A DNA stretch of 64,000 nt from an uncultured Acidobacteriaceae bacterium (GTDB taxonomy: Bacteria > Acidobacteriota > Terriglobia > Terriglobales > Acidobacteriaceae). A model generated the notes under the pieces. It had not been told where the DNA came from. It saw nothing but the letters and a program-made list of their open reading frames with translations, and did not search any database. A program made the position numbers and the translations under genes. The DNA is taken from the NCBI GenBank assembly GCA_964619065.1, contig CAZUCC010000013.1, forward strand, positions 12,945-76,944. Reading direction: 5' to 3'. Shown here piece by piece: positions 18,301 to 26,990 of the stretch. The first letter of the stretch is position 1. Each line of letters starts with the position of its first letter.

Positions 18301-18886
18301 CACTGTTCCCGTGACCGGTAATGCGGGTGGTATTTTTACCAGCGACATAACCGGAGATGGCAGTGGCGACGGCAGCTCCGTTTATAACTCGACGGGAGAC
18401 ATCTTGCCGGGCACCAACCTTGGCGCCTTCGGCCGCTCAATTTCCTCAATCAACGCCCTCGACAAGGCGATCCAGACCTACAACCAAAACTTTGCGGGTT
18501 CGCCCACTCCAGCCGGCGTGGCCTTGGTGAATGCACGATTGGTTCGACCAGATCAATTGGTGACACTGGGCGGCGTGCCGCAGATCATCCAATCTGCCCC
18601 ACCAGGAGCCGTCATGCAGAGCTGGCTGCGCGCCTTCGATTTATCGTTGGCCTGGACCTACAAACTTAGGGAATCGGTAACCATCGAGCCTAGCGTTGCC
18701 GTCTTCAATGTCTTGAATCTTTCCAATTTCGACGGTCCGAATCAAACTTTGATCGGAGCCCTGGACGGGACAACTGGCGTGAACAGTTCCACCGGCCATT
18801 CCAATGACCGCACCGGCCTCGGCACGGGCGTCTTTGCTCTGGGTTCACCGCGTGCCATCGAATTCGGACTGAAAGTGACCTTCTAA
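15302..18886 (+). CDS. TonB-dependent receptor-like outer-membrane protein with an N-terminal carboxypeptidase-regulatory (CarboxypepD_reg) domain
   Basis: Signal peptide, then GNIQGIITDPTGAVVPEAKVTLVNKATG...GTYTVRVEAAGFQT, a plug region (LPINGRNFLDLAQLEPGV), a long beta-barrel, and a C-terminal ...FGLKVTF. The ATG at 15302 has a GAGG 6 nt upstream. Confidence 0.88.
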   Translation: MFPVLQLSGSRRWFAASRFAAIGTTLVAVLVLSLPIAAQISNATGNIQGIITDPTGAVVPEAKVTLVNKATGRTIDSTSTTSGVYTSGSLVPGTYTVRVEAAGFQTTELTVTVQVGVTSGGNIKLKVGASSQVVEVQGEEIRVNTEQSTVQGVVTRQQIETLPINGRNFLDLAQLEPGVQIQDGGGFDPTKNGFSSISFGGRFGRTARIEVDGVDISDETVGTTTQNIPAGAIEEFQVGQSSLDLSTELTSSGSVNVATQSGTNRLHGQGFYDFRDHRFAARLPGGTDSPFQRNQFGGSLGGPIVKDKVFFFLDGERVKQDLSAPVSPGAPFASLAGNFSSPFRDTEVFGKLDWQIKPDNYKFFYRFSFEQNRSVAAIIPNSFQPFANNNHTPMQTIGLDFNTGSYTHSIRLSYMKFRNGITDATKGSSIFNPAPQLELAIGTDEFCLTPGADVFCSGPSYLAPQTTFQSNKQFKYDGSKTFHAHIFRFGGGYNRIQGGGTANFLGSAPAVSALATSETDPLNYPADIVVLGNGQGFSSELKSFGLPAGGLGPDNRISLYFGDTWKFRPNLTLNGGVRYQRDTGRTDSDLAPAPCSQLDPTLAANLTAAGTPCTGNILDLFGKGLGNRVRQPNSNFGPQFGLAWDPFKSGKTVIRAGAGIYFENAVWNNILADRPARLSQGLFNGSLTACDGGSANTLTFPDGTVVTPTFCGQPIGTVATQIAALQQQYQAATVTAGPAVNGGFIGNTLASGTNVNGTSLFAPNYKTPRSLQINVGFQQQIGLNGVLSVDYLRNVSTHTLLAVDVNHVGDFHFLNVANALAALNNTAVALGTGCPAAAAAGSASQALVDCIRKADPAVGIADFASNGLDSGASLCGGGVCPTAAFPGINPNLGVNQILFPSGRAKYTGLQMSYRQNVANPFRGIRRMNLIASYAWSKYIATARDGDFVNAATDNAAPLKYIGPNGLDRKHQFSVGGTAELPWRFRLGLISHFYSPLPLDLTVPVTGNAGGIFTSDITGDGSGDGSSVYNSTGDILPGTNLGAFGRSISSINALDKAIQTYNQNFAGSPTPAGVALVNARLVRPDQLVTLGGVPQIIQSAPPGAVMQSWLRAFDLSLAWTYKLRESVTIEPSVAVFNVLNLSNFDGPNQTLIGALDGTTGVNSSTGHSNDRTGLGTGVFALGSPRAIEFGLKVTF

Positions 18887-18910
18887 AGCCGAATCTTAAA
18901 GTCAGTGTGG

Positions 18911-18929
18911 CGCGGGCGCCCCGCCCGCG
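18911..18929 (+). terminator. GC-rich hairpin downstream of the TonB-dependent receptor gene
   Basis: cgcgggc-gcccc-gcccgcg. It shares CGCGGGC...GCCCGCG arms with the hairpin at 12416-12435. Confidence 0.4.
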
Positions 18930-19027
18930 TTCACTGCGCAACTGTACAATCCCCGAGTGATATAACTGCTGCGATCAAGGAATTGTCTCCACGGGAAAAA
19001 TTCTTTTAGGACGAATTTAATCTGCTC

Positions 19028-19057
19028 TTGACATGCAAGTATTTACTTGCATATTAT
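19028..19057 (+). promoter_or_regulatory. Promoter with an embedded ArsR/SmtB-type operator
   Basis: TTGACA (19028-19033), an 18-nt spacer, then TATTAT (19052-19057). A perfect 9-2-9 inverted repeat, ATGCAAGTA-TT-TACTTGCAT (19033-19052), fills the spacer. The arsR GTG is 16 nt downstream. Confidence 0.6.
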
Positions 19058-19073
19058 GGTTTCGTGACGGAAC

Positions 19074-19391
19074 GTGGACAAAGTTTTCAAGGCCCTCGCC
19101 GATGCCAGCCGCAGGAAGCTGCTCGACCGTCTTTACGCGGACAATGGCCTGACTTTGGGCGAGTTGTGTCGGCACCTGGATATGACCCGACAAGCAGTCA
19201 CCCAGCACCTCGGCGTGCTCGAAGCTGCCAATCTCGTCAACACGGTCTGGCGGGGCCGGGAAAAACTTCACTACCTCAATCCTGTGCCGCTCCACGAAAT
19301 TCACGAACGCTGGATCAGGAAATTCGAACGGCAGCGTCTGACCGCGCTGCGTGACCTCAAGAAGCGACTCGAAGGAGAAAGCGATGAGTAA
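19074..19391 (+). CDS. ArsR/SmtB-family winged-helix transcriptional regulator
   Basis: VFKALADASRRKLLDRL......LGELCRHLDMTRQAVTQHLGVLEAANLV is the ArsR HTH_20 signature. Confidence 0.88.
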   Translation: MDKVFKALADASRRKLLDRLYADNGLTLGELCRHLDMTRQAVTQHLGVLEAANLVNTVWRGREKLHYLNPVPLHEIHERWIRKFERQRLTALRDLKKRLEGESDE

Positions 19392-19857
19392 ATCGAAGTT
19401 TGTCTACGTGACCTATATTGCGGCGGCCCCGGAGAAGGTTTGGCGTGCATTGCTCGACGGCGAAGTCACTCGGCAATATTGGGACCACGAGAATGTGTCG
19501 GATTGGAAGCCCGGATCGACTTGGAAACATCAACGCACCGACGAAGCACGGACGGTTGACGTGGTGGGCGACGTGGTTGAAGTTACGCCCCCTCGGCGTC
19601 TCGTGCTGACCTGGGCTCAACCCACTGATGCGGCCAACAAAGCAAAACACACACGCGTCACTTTCGAAATCGACGTCATAGAAGGCTCCGAGCCAACAGA
19701 TATGGTCCGCTTGACCGTCACTCACGACGAACTCGAAGCTGGATCGGACATGCTGCAAAAGATCACGGCAGGCTGGCCGCGCGTGCTTTGCAGCATGAAA
19801 TCGTTCCTGGAGACCGGGCGGCCGCTCCGAACCTGGGCGAAGGTCAAGAGCTCGTAA
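19384..19857 (+). CDS. SRPBCC-domain protein (AHSA1 / activator of Hsp90 ATPase homologue-like)
   Basis: The ATG at 19384 overlaps the arsR stop (ATGAGTAA). Contains APEKVWRALLDGEVTRQYW...VTHD. ArsR plus SRPBCC is a common pairing. Confidence 0.82.
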   Translation: MSKSKFVYVTYIAAAPEKVWRALLDGEVTRQYWDHENVSDWKPGSTWKHQRTDEARTVDVVGDVVEVTPPRRLVLTWAQPTDAANKAKHTRVTFEIDVIEGSEPTDMVRLTVTHDELEAGSDMLQKITAGWPRVLCSMKSFLETGRPLRTWAKVKSS

Positions 19858-19901
19858 GAGAGTTAGCTGGTTTGCAAGATATTGTGACAGCGAGCCAGAT
19901 T

Positions 19902-19989
19902 GTCATTCCGGCGAAGCGAGGCATCTGCTTCCGGCCTGGAGCTGCAGAAAAGCAGATTCCTCGCGCCAAAAGCTGGCGCTCGGAATGAC
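19902..19989. repeat. Imperfect 88-bp palindromic REP/MITE-like element (GTCATTCCG variant of the repeat family)
   Basis: The termini gtcattccg (19902-19910) and cggaatgac (19981-19989) are perfect inverted repeats. Internally, gcgaggcatctgctt pairs with aagcagattcctcgc. Confidence 0.75.
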
Positions 19990-20035
19990 TCGTCTTATCA
20001 GCTCACAGATATCCCACACCCTGTACAATACCGCC

Positions 20036-20308
20036 ATGCCTCCCCGCATGGATTCCGCCAACCACCGTCCCCAGAAGGGGAAAATCGTCCCTCCCGAAGA
20101 CACCTTTGAAGAAGCTTCGTATTTGAAGCTGCTGGGTGAAAAACAGAAGCCGGTGAGCGTGAAGCTGACCGATGGCGAAGTTGTCTACGGCTGGGTGGAG
20201 TACTACGACCGTAACATGATTCGACTTACGCGCGAAGGCGCGCCGAATCTTTTCATCTACAAGCACGAGATCATGTACATCCAAGAAGAAGGCAAGAGCC
20301 GGGGTTAG
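20036..20308 (+). CDS. Hfq-like Sm-fold protein
   Basis: EASYLKLLGEKQKPVSVKLTDGEVVYGWVEYYDRNMIRLTREGAPNLFIYKHEIMYI follows the Hfq Sm1/Sm2 pattern (..FL..L......V.I.L.NG..L.G.I..FD.F.I.L.......VYKHAI). The start is uncertain: ATG at 20036 or 20048; the ORF opens at 19985 inside the repeat. Confidence 0.6.
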   Translation: MPPRMDSANHRPQKGKIVPPEDTFEEASYLKLLGEKQKPVSVKLTDGEVVYGWVEYYDRNMIRLTREGAPNLFIYKHEIMYIQEEGKSRG

Positions 20309-20321
20309 GAATCGCGTCCCA

Positions 20322-21224
20322 TTGAGTTCACCATCACACCCAGAGCAATTCGAATTCCTCCCCGCCATGTCTGCGATTGCGCGCGAAGCGGGCGCGTTGT
20401 TGATGGACTATTTCCGCCGCCGCGTCAAAATCGAGTACAAAGGTGAAGCCGATCTCGTCACCGAAGCCGATCGCAACTCCGAAGCGCTTATCATTCGCCG
20501 CGTTCGCGAACAGTTTCCCACGCACAACATTCTTGGGGAAGAGAGTGGCAACCTGGCAGCGCACACAGCCTCCGACGCGGGCTACCGTTGGTATGTGGAC
20601 CCGCTCGATGGCACTACCAATTTCGCCCACGGATATCCCGTCTTCTGTGTTTCGCTGGGGATTGAACGCTTGGACGCGGAAGGCAAAGCCCACCGCGTTG
20701 CCGGAGTGGTCTACGATCCCACGCGCGACGAGTTGTTCTCCGCTGAACTGGGTCGCGGCGCATTTTTGAATGGCGCGAAAATCAACGTCTCCACCACAGC
20801 GAACCTGAAAGATTGCCTGATCGCCACTGGGTTCCCCAGCCACAAACGGCATCAGAATCCCAATATTTACTTTTACCACCAGCTCACGCTGCGCACGCAT
20901 GGTGTTCGGCGCGCGGGTTCGGCGGCGCTCGATCTGTGCTATGTGGCCTGCGGACGCTACGACGGGTTTTGGGAATTCAACCTCAACCCGTGGGATACGG
21001 CGGCAGGAGTGCTCATCGCCCAGGAGGCTGGCGGCAAGGTGACGGATTACGCGGGAGGCCCGTTTGCCATCGCCAGTGATCAGGTGCTGGCTTCGAACGG
21101 CTTGATCCACACGGCGCTACAGCACGAGTTCGCGGAGATCTTCGCGGGACGTGGTTTGGACCCGCTCCCGAGCCCGATGAATTATGCCCGCAGTCGCGCT
21201 GTCGATCCCAGGCCCAAGTCCTGA
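20322..21224 (+). CDS. Inositol monophosphatase family protein (SuhB-like)
   Basis: Contains LVTEADRNSE, GEESG, WYVDPLDGTTNF and WDTAAG. The start is either the TTG at 20322 or the ATG at 20367. Confidence 0.88.
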   Translation: MSSPSHPEQFEFLPAMSAIAREAGALLMDYFRRRVKIEYKGEADLVTEADRNSEALIIRRVREQFPTHNILGEESGNLAAHTASDAGYRWYVDPLDGTTNFAHGYPVFCVSLGIERLDAEGKAHRVAGVVYDPTRDELFSAELGRGAFLNGAKINVSTTANLKDCLIATGFPSHKRHQNPNIYFYHQLTLRTHGVRRAGSAALDLCYVACGRYDGFWEFNLNPWDTAAGVLIAQEAGGKVTDYAGGPFAIASDQVLASNGLIHTALQHEFAEIFAGRGLDPLPSPMNYARSRAVDPRPKS

Positions 21225-21275
21225 AAACGCGTTTTCTTAAGAATCCCTGAATTCAGCCTTGTAAGTCATTTGCGT

Positions 21276-21354
21276 TGTCCTCCTGAGCGCAGCGAAGGAT
21301 CCCTACACCGTTCGCTCCATTCCTCAGAGCCCTTCGCTCCGCTCAGGATGACAA
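21276..21354. repeat. 79-bp palindromic REP/MITE-like element, both arms present
   Basis: ttgtcctcctgagcgcagcgaaggatccc ... gagcccttcgctccgctcaggatgacaa. It produces the spurious N-terminal extension (RCPPERSEGSLH..) of the ORF at 21270. Confidence 0.85.
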
Positions 21355-21470
21355 CGGTGTTAAGCGTGACGAGAATGATATTCAGCGGGACCGCAGGCGT
21401 GAATTTCATGCTCGCGAGTATCAAGCCGAAAACACAGTGGAAAACTGATACTCTAGCGGGGAACAATCCC

Positions 21471-24400
21471 ATGCGTTCCTTATCCGTTGTTTTCGCCGCC
21501 GCCCTGGCTCTCAGCCTTCTTGCCGCTTCTTCTAACGAAAAAACTTCACCCGAAAAATCTGTCGGTGACCCCGCCCGTCTCAATAACCTCGGTGTGGCCT
21601 ACATGAACCAGCAGTCGTTCGAGCGCGGGCTCAAGAATTTTGAAGCTGCCGCTGCTGCCGATCCCAAGCTGAGCGTCGCGCGTCTCAATCAAGCAATTGC
21701 TCTGCTTAACTTGCAGCGCGTGGATGAGGCCAAGAGCCTGCTGGAGGAATCGGTCAAGAAAGATCCGAAGAACGCCACTGCCTGGTACAACCTCGGCCTG
21801 CTCTACAAGAACAGCGGCGAGGTTGAGAAGGCCGTCGAGTCGTTTCAGCGGGTGACGGAGATTGATGCGAATGACGCCGATACCTGGTATTTCCTTGGCT
21901 CCGCGCACTTGCAGGCGCGTCAGTTTCCCGAAGCCATTACTTCTTTCGAACATGCAATTCAGCTGAACGCCACACACGCTTCAGCGTGGTTTGGGTTGTC
22001 GCGCGCTTTTCAGCAGTCCGGTGATCCCACGAAAGCCCGTGAGCATCTTGTTCGCTTTCAGCAGATCACGCAGTCGAAAACCGGTGCACCCATGAGCCTG
22101 GCTTATGGAGAGCAGGGCAAATACTCACGCGTAGCAGAATCACCAGGGGTGACGGAGCATGTTTCTGCAGCTATTCCTGTGCACTTTGTTTCCGTTGCAG
22201 AACAAGCCGGCATAACGAGCCGGCCCTCAGGCGACGCTGCCGATATCGCGACCTTCCTCGGCGCTGGTGCCTGTTTCTTGGACTACGACGGGGATGGCCA
22301 CATGGATATCTTCCTCGCCGATTCTGGGGCCGCTGGTGGGATGACGCTCTACCACAACCTCGGCAACGGGAAGTTTGAAGATGTCACGCGCAAAGCAGGC
22401 CTCGATCCCGCGCTGCATGGCATCGGTTGCACGGCGGGAGATTACGACAACGACGGCTTGGTCGATCTGGCCGTCAGCCTGAAGGACCGTGTGCTGCTCC
22501 TGCACAACGAAAAAGATGGCAAGTTCAAGGAGGTTAGTGAAGCCGCCGGAATCAAAATTGATCCAGCAAACGCTGGTTTGAACTTGGGCCTCACTTTTGT
22601 CGACTACGACCACGATGGCGATATCGATCTCTACGTTTCACGCTACAGTGCCGACGCTTTATTTGACCCGCGCAAATCCTCATTGGCCGCACTGAACACC
22701 AAGGTGGTTGGCGCGAGCCTCATGTTTCGCAACAATGGCGATGGCACTTTTGTAGAGGTCACGGGGGATCTTGGGTTGCAGGGAAAGGGTCCTGGCTTTG
22801 CTGCCGTCGGTACCGACTCCAACAATGATCGCGCGGTGGATCTGGTGACGACGGCGTGGCACGTGGCCGCACCCACCATTTACGAAAACCCCCGCGAGGG
22901 TAAGTTTGCAGCTCGCGAGCCGTGGTCTGCCGCCATGCCTGCTCCTGCTGTTGGCATCTCCGTTCTTGATTTTGACAAAAATGGATGGATGGATCTCGCT
23001 TTTACCCACTGGGGCTCACCCGCGCTCACGCTGTGGCGCAATAAAGAAGGGAAGAACTTTGAGCCGGTCATGCTTCCTACGCTCCACTGGGTCCGTGCTT
23101 GGGGCGTTGCCGCGCTCGACTACGACAACGATGGCTGGATCGACCTTGCCGCTGTGGGGGAAACCGCCGATGGACGCGGTGAAGTGCGAGTATTCCGCAA
23201 TCTCGGGCCAGATGGCTTCCGCGACGTGACGGCGGAAGTGGGCCTCGACAAGGTAAAGCTGAAGGATCCGCGTGCGCTCCTTACAGCCGACTTCGATAAC
23301 GATGGCGCGACCGACTTACTGATCACACAAAATCACGGCCGCGCCGTTCTTCTCCGCAACGAAGGTGGGAATAAGAATCACTGGTTAAGGCTCGCGTTCC
23401 GCGGACTGAATGACAACAAGAGTGCCATTGGGACCAAAGTTGAGGTGTTCGCCGGAGCCAGCCGCCAGAAGTGGGAGATCGCGGGTTCTTCCGGTTATCT
23501 GGGCCAGAGTTCGACCGTGATCACGGCAGGACTGGGCGCTTCCACCGAAGCCGATATCGTCCGCATGCTGTGGCCAACGGGCGTTTTGCAAGATGAAACA
23601 GAAGTTGCCGGTGGTAAAGAGCAGGCTTATACGGAGATCGACCGCCGCGGCAGTTCGTGCCCGACCCTATTCGCTTGGGATGGCCAGAAATACCGTCTGG
23701 TCGCGGACGTGATTGGCGCCGGAGTCCTTGGACACTGGGTTGCGCCCGGCCAGCGCAACATTCCGCGCGCCACGGAGTACGTGAAGATAGATCGTGACGC
23801 GATGCAACGTCGCGACGGCAAACTCAGCTTCCGCCTGATGGAGCCCATGGAGGAAGTTGTCTATCTGGATCGTGTGCGGTTGCTGGCCGTGGATCATCCG
23901 GCGAATGTCGAGGTCTATCCCAACGAGTTTTTCGCCGCGAATCCGCCTTATCCACCTTTCAAGGTTGTCGTCAGCCGTAATGCCAATCCGCCCGCTGGCG
24001 CGTGGGACGACCACGGCCACGACCTGCTGCCCGATTTACTAGCGCACAAATACGTCGGCGATTTTGAGTTGCTGCCTTTCAAGGGCTTCACCAAATCGCA
24101 CAGCCTTGAGCTGGATCTCGGCGGGAACTACAACGGCGCTGGTCCACTGCGGCTGCTGCTACATGGTGAAATCGAATACTTCACGGCCACGGGCATGTAT
24201 GCTGCCAATCAGGCGGGTGTGCAGGCAACGTCTCCCTATGTCGAAGCGCAGAACGCCCAGGGCAAGTGGGTGAAAGTGATTGATGACATGGGCTTCCCCG
24301 CGGGTCTTCCTCGCACCATGGTCGCCGATCTCACTGGTAAATTGCCCGCAGGCACGCGCCGCATTCGCATTTGGACGAACCTGCAAATTTATTGGGATTC

Positions 24401-24944
24401 GATTCTCATCGACCGCACCGCGCAGGACGCTAGGGTTTTGGTGCGCCCGGTGAAATTCGATCGCGCCGATCTCCGTTTCCACGGCTACCCGCGCCAGACC
24501 GAAGGCGTTCCAGCAGGCAACGTGCAATATGTTTACGAGGACGTGAGTGCCACTGGGCCCTATGCCCGCCAAGCCGGTACGTACACGCGCTACGGCGACA
24601 TTCTCCCGCTGCTCACGGGCTTTGACGACCGCTTTGCTGTTTTTGGGTCGGGCGAGGAGGTAGCGTTGGAGTTCGATCCGTCCTCGGTACCGCCAGTGCC
24701 CAAGGGCTGGACGAGGGACTACTTCTTTCTAACTAACGGCTACGAAAAAGACATGGACTTCTACGCTGCCGAAGGTTCAACGGTCGAGCCGCTTCCGTTC
24801 CGGTCCATGCACACCTACCCGCATCCCGGCCAGGCCTATCCGCTCAACCCAGCAAATCTTGACTCACTGCTGACCTACAACACGCGCCACGTCTCCGGCA
24901 ACGAGCCGCGCGGATACGCATATTCGTACGCAGGCAAAAAGTAG
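21471..24944 (+). CDS. Secreted CRTAC1-family protein: TPR repeats, FG-GAP/VCBS repeats, ASPIC/UnbV domain, and a roughly 440-aa C-terminal domain
   Basis: The ATG at 21471 gives the signal peptide MRSLSVVFAAALALSLLAASS. TPR region (AWYNLGLLYKNSGEVEKAVESFQ). Repeated DYDGDGHMDIF / DYDNDGLVDL / DYDHDGDIDLY / DFDNDGATDLL motifs. UnbV (NHWLRLAFRGLNDNKSAIGTKVEV...GYLGQS). Confidence 0.88.
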   Translation: MRSLSVVFAAALALSLLAASSNEKTSPEKSVGDPARLNNLGVAYMNQQSFERGLKNFEAAAAADPKLSVARLNQAIALLNLQRVDEAKSLLEESVKKDPKNATAWYNLGLLYKNSGEVEKAVESFQRVTEIDANDADTWYFLGSAHLQARQFPEAITSFEHAIQLNATHASAWFGLSRAFQQSGDPTKAREHLVRFQQITQSKTGAPMSLAYGEQGKYSRVAESPGVTEHVSAAIPVHFVSVAEQAGITSRPSGDAADIATFLGAGACFLDYDGDGHMDIFLADSGAAGGMTLYHNLGNGKFEDVTRKAGLDPALHGIGCTAGDYDNDGLVDLAVSLKDRVLLLHNEKDGKFKEVSEAAGIKIDPANAGLNLGLTFVDYDHDGDIDLYVSRYSADALFDPRKSSLAALNTKVVGASLMFRNNGDGTFVEVTGDLGLQGKGPGFAAVGTDSNNDRAVDLVTTAWHVAAPTIYENPREGKFAAREPWSAAMPAPAVGISVLDFDKNGWMDLAFTHWGSPALTLWRNKEGKNFEPVMLPTLHWVRAWGVAALDYDNDGWIDLAAVGETADGRGEVRVFRNLGPDGFRDVTAEVGLDKVKLKDPRALLTADFDNDGATDLLITQNHGRAVLLRNEGGNKNHWLRLAFRGLNDNKSAIGTKVEVFAGASRQKWEIAGSSGYLGQSSTVITAGLGASTEADIVRMLWPTGVLQDETEVAGGKEQAYTEIDRRGSSCPTLFAWDGQKYRLVADVIGAGVLGHWVAPGQRNIPRATEYVKIDRDAMQRRDGKLSFRLMEPMEEVVYLDRVRLLAVDHPANVEVYPNEFFAANPPYPPFKVVVSRNANPPAGAWDDHGHDLLPDLLAHKYVGDFELLPFKGFTKSHSLELDLGGNYNGAGPLRLLLHGEIEYFTATGMYAANQAGVQATSPYVEAQNAQGKWVKVIDDMGFPAGLPRTMVADLTGKLPAGTRRIRIWTNLQIYWDSILIDRTAQDARVLVRPVKFDRADLRFHGYPRQTEGVPAGNVQYVYEDVSATGPYARQAGTYTRYGDILPLLTGFDDRFAVFGSGEEVALEFDPSSVPPVPKGWTRDYFFLTNGYEKDMDFYAAEGSTVEPLPFRSMHTYPHPGQAYPLNPANLDSLLTYNTRHVSGNEPRGYAYSYAGKK

Positions 24945-24972
24945 CGGGGAAAAAGTAGCGGGGAAAAAGTAG
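24936..24972 (+). repeat. 14-bp tandem repeat, 2.6 copies, spanning the CRTAC1-like stop codon
   Basis: The units are aaaaagtagcgggg, aaaaagtagcgggg, aaaaagtag. TAG triplets at 24942, 24956 and 24970 fall in three different frames. Confidence 0.85.
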
Positions 24973-25027
24973 TAAGGACATTTTGCTTCAAGTGCAGCGA
25001 CTGCGTATATTTCCTTTTGGAGGTTCC

Positions 25028-25408
25028 ATGTCCTCTTCTTACTCCATTCCGCCCGCCACCATGGTGATGCTCGGCACTCGCGACGTGCACAAAAGCATTC
25101 CGTTCTACCGCGACCTGCTGGGTCTGAAATTGGAGCAGCAATTTGGAGGATTTGCATTCTTTAATGCAGGCAATATCACGCTCATCCTGAGCGAAGACCT
25201 TGCTCGCTCTGCCGAACGAGTCGCTGGCGCCACGGAAATCGTGTTTTCGGTTGGAGATATCCGCGCAGCGCATGAAGCGCTCAAGAATCAGGGAGTAAAG
25301 TTCAACAAAGATCCCTTTCCGGTTACCGGGCCGATGTGGGCTGCCCACATTCTCGATCCCGATGGACACCTGCTCTCGATTTTTGGTCCGGAAGGCAAAG
25401 CTTTATGA
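25028..25408 (+). CDS. VOC-family (glyoxalase/bleomycin-resistance fold) protein
   Basis: SIPFYRDLLGLKL ... DPDGHLLSIF. The ATG at 25028 is preceded by GGAGG. Confidence 0.8.
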   Translation: MSSSYSIPPATMVMLGTRDVHKSIPFYRDLLGLKLEQQFGGFAFFNAGNITLILSEDLARSAERVAGATEIVFSVGDIRAAHEALKNQGVKFNKDPFPVTGPMWAAHILDPDGHLLSIFGPEGKAL

Positions 25409-25421
25409 CCGGAGCATGGGT

Positions 25422-25441
25422 CTATTAAAACGTTTGTATAG
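25422..25441. promoter_or_regulatory. LacI-type palindromic operator candidate upstream of the permease gene
   Basis: ctattaaaacgtttgtatag is self-complementary at 16 of 20 positions and matches the site at 29655-29674 at 16 of 20 positions. Confidence 0.45.
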
Positions 25442-25538
25442 GGAGAAATTGTCAAACTTTCGATTTGACACCAACCCACACTTCATAGAACAATCGCCCA
25501 GTCTTCTTTCACGAGAATAGCGTCACGTCTGCCAAAGC

Positions 25539-26912
25539 ATGTCGACAACTCAAACCACCGCCTCCGCCCCCAGACTCCGCCGCGCGCTTTCCCTCTGGGA
25601 TCTGATCCTTTACGGCATCATCGTCATTCAACCGACGGCACCGATGCCTGCCTATGGCGTCTTTAGCAACGCTGGTCAAGGGCATGTGGTGACCTCGATC
25701 CTAATCGCCATGATTGCCATGGTCTTCACGGCCATGAGTTATGGCCGCATGGCGCGCGTGTATCCCAGCGCCGGTTCGGCCTATACCTATGTGGGGCGCG
25801 TGCTGCACCCCTCGCTGGGCTATGTCACCGGCTGGAGCATGACCATGGATTACATTCTGAATCCATTGATCTGCACGATCTGGTCCGCCAAGGCGATGGC
25901 GGATCTGTTGAACGGAACCCAATATCAGATTCCTTATCCTAGCCTGCTTTGGCCGCTATTTTTTGCCTTGTTGTTTACCATGCTGAACCTGCGTGGTGTC
26001 CAGACTTCAGCCCGCATCAATTCGATTCTTTGCGCCATCATGGGTGCCGTCATTTTGGCGTACTTCTGGTACACGATCCGATACATTTTCCATTTGCCGC
26101 AATACCCCGAAGCCTATTTTCTGCGCCCGTTCTATAACCCGGAAACTTTTACGATCAACCGCGTGTTCCAAGGCACGTCGGTTGCGGTGCTCACTTACAT
26201 TGGGTTCGACGGCATTTCGACTTTGTCGGAAGAAGTCGATAACCCCAAGCGGAATATTTTTCTGGCTACCGTTCTGGTCTGCATCGTTACCGGATTCTTG
26301 GCGGCAGCGGAAGTCTACGGTGTGCAATTATTGAGCCACCAGTATTTATTCGGGCCGAACGAGGTCGAGAACGCGTTCAGTCACGTTGCAGCGATCGCAG
26401 GTGGTGCCTTACTGACCAAGGTGATCAGCGTTACGCTGCTGGTCGCGACCATCGGCTCTGGCATGGGATCCCAATTGGGCGCGGCCCGCCTGCTTTACGG
26501 TATGGGACGCAGCGACGCGATTCCCAAGAAATTCTTTGGAGCTATCCATCCGAGGACCCAGATTCCCGCGAACAACGTAATCTTTGTTGGTTTGATTGCG
26601 CTGGTAGGCGCTTTTCTCATCAACTATGACGATGGAGCGCAGTTACTCAACTTTGGCGCCCTCATAGCGTTCATGGGCGTCAATCTCGCCGCGCTCACCC
26701 ACTACTTCATTCGCGGAGCTGAACGCACTGTGGGGCAATTGATTCCGCCGGTGCTAGGTTTTCTCATTTGCTTTTTCATTTGGATTCATCTGTCCAACTT
26801 GGCGCTGAAATGGGGCTCGATCTGGATGGTGGCCGGGATCGCTTATGGGGCTTGGAAGACGAAGGGTTTCCGCAGCGAACTAGTGAATTTCGATGTACCT
26901 TCGGAAGAATGA
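25539..26912 (+). CDS. APC-superfamily amino acid/polyamine permease (PuuP-like)
   Basis: Twelve TM helices. The N-terminal region (LRRALSLWDLILYGIIVIQPTAP...YPSAGSAYTYVGRVLHPSLGYVTGWSMTMDY) resembles E. coli PuuP as I remember it. Confidence 0.85.
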   Translation: MSTTQTTASAPRLRRALSLWDLILYGIIVIQPTAPMPAYGVFSNAGQGHVVTSILIAMIAMVFTAMSYGRMARVYPSAGSAYTYVGRVLHPSLGYVTGWSMTMDYILNPLICTIWSAKAMADLLNGTQYQIPYPSLLWPLFFALLFTMLNLRGVQTSARINSILCAIMGAVILAYFWYTIRYIFHLPQYPEAYFLRPFYNPETFTINRVFQGTSVAVLTYIGFDGISTLSEEVDNPKRNIFLATVLVCIVTGFLAAAEVYGVQLLSHQYLFGPNEVENAFSHVAAIAGGALLTKVISVTLLVATIGSGMGSQLGAARLLYGMGRSDAIPKKFFGAIHPRTQIPANNVIFVGLIALVGAFLINYDDGAQLLNFGALIAFMGVNLAALTHYFIRGAERTVGQLIPPVLGFLICFFIWIHLSNLALKWGSIWMVAGIAYGAWKTKGFRSELVNFDVPSEE

Positions 26913-26925
26913 GGGTCTAAGAGTG

Positions 26926-26962
26926 AGGGGATGCACGAGTTGTGACAATTCGTGCATCCCCT
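26926..26962. terminator. Bidirectional hairpin terminator between the convergent permease and GH2 genes
   Basis: aggggatgcacga-(11 nt)-tcgtgcatcccct, a perfect 13-bp stem. Confidence 0.65.
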
Positions 26963-26990
26963 TTCAGTACTGCGATCCGTAAGTTAGGAA

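Noticed and set aside
21270-21470. N-terminal 67 codons of the 1224-aa ORF (MRCPPERSEGSLHRSLHSSEPFAPLRMTT...)
   Set aside because: This stretch is encoded by the palindromic repeat element. The signal peptide begins at the ATG at 21471.
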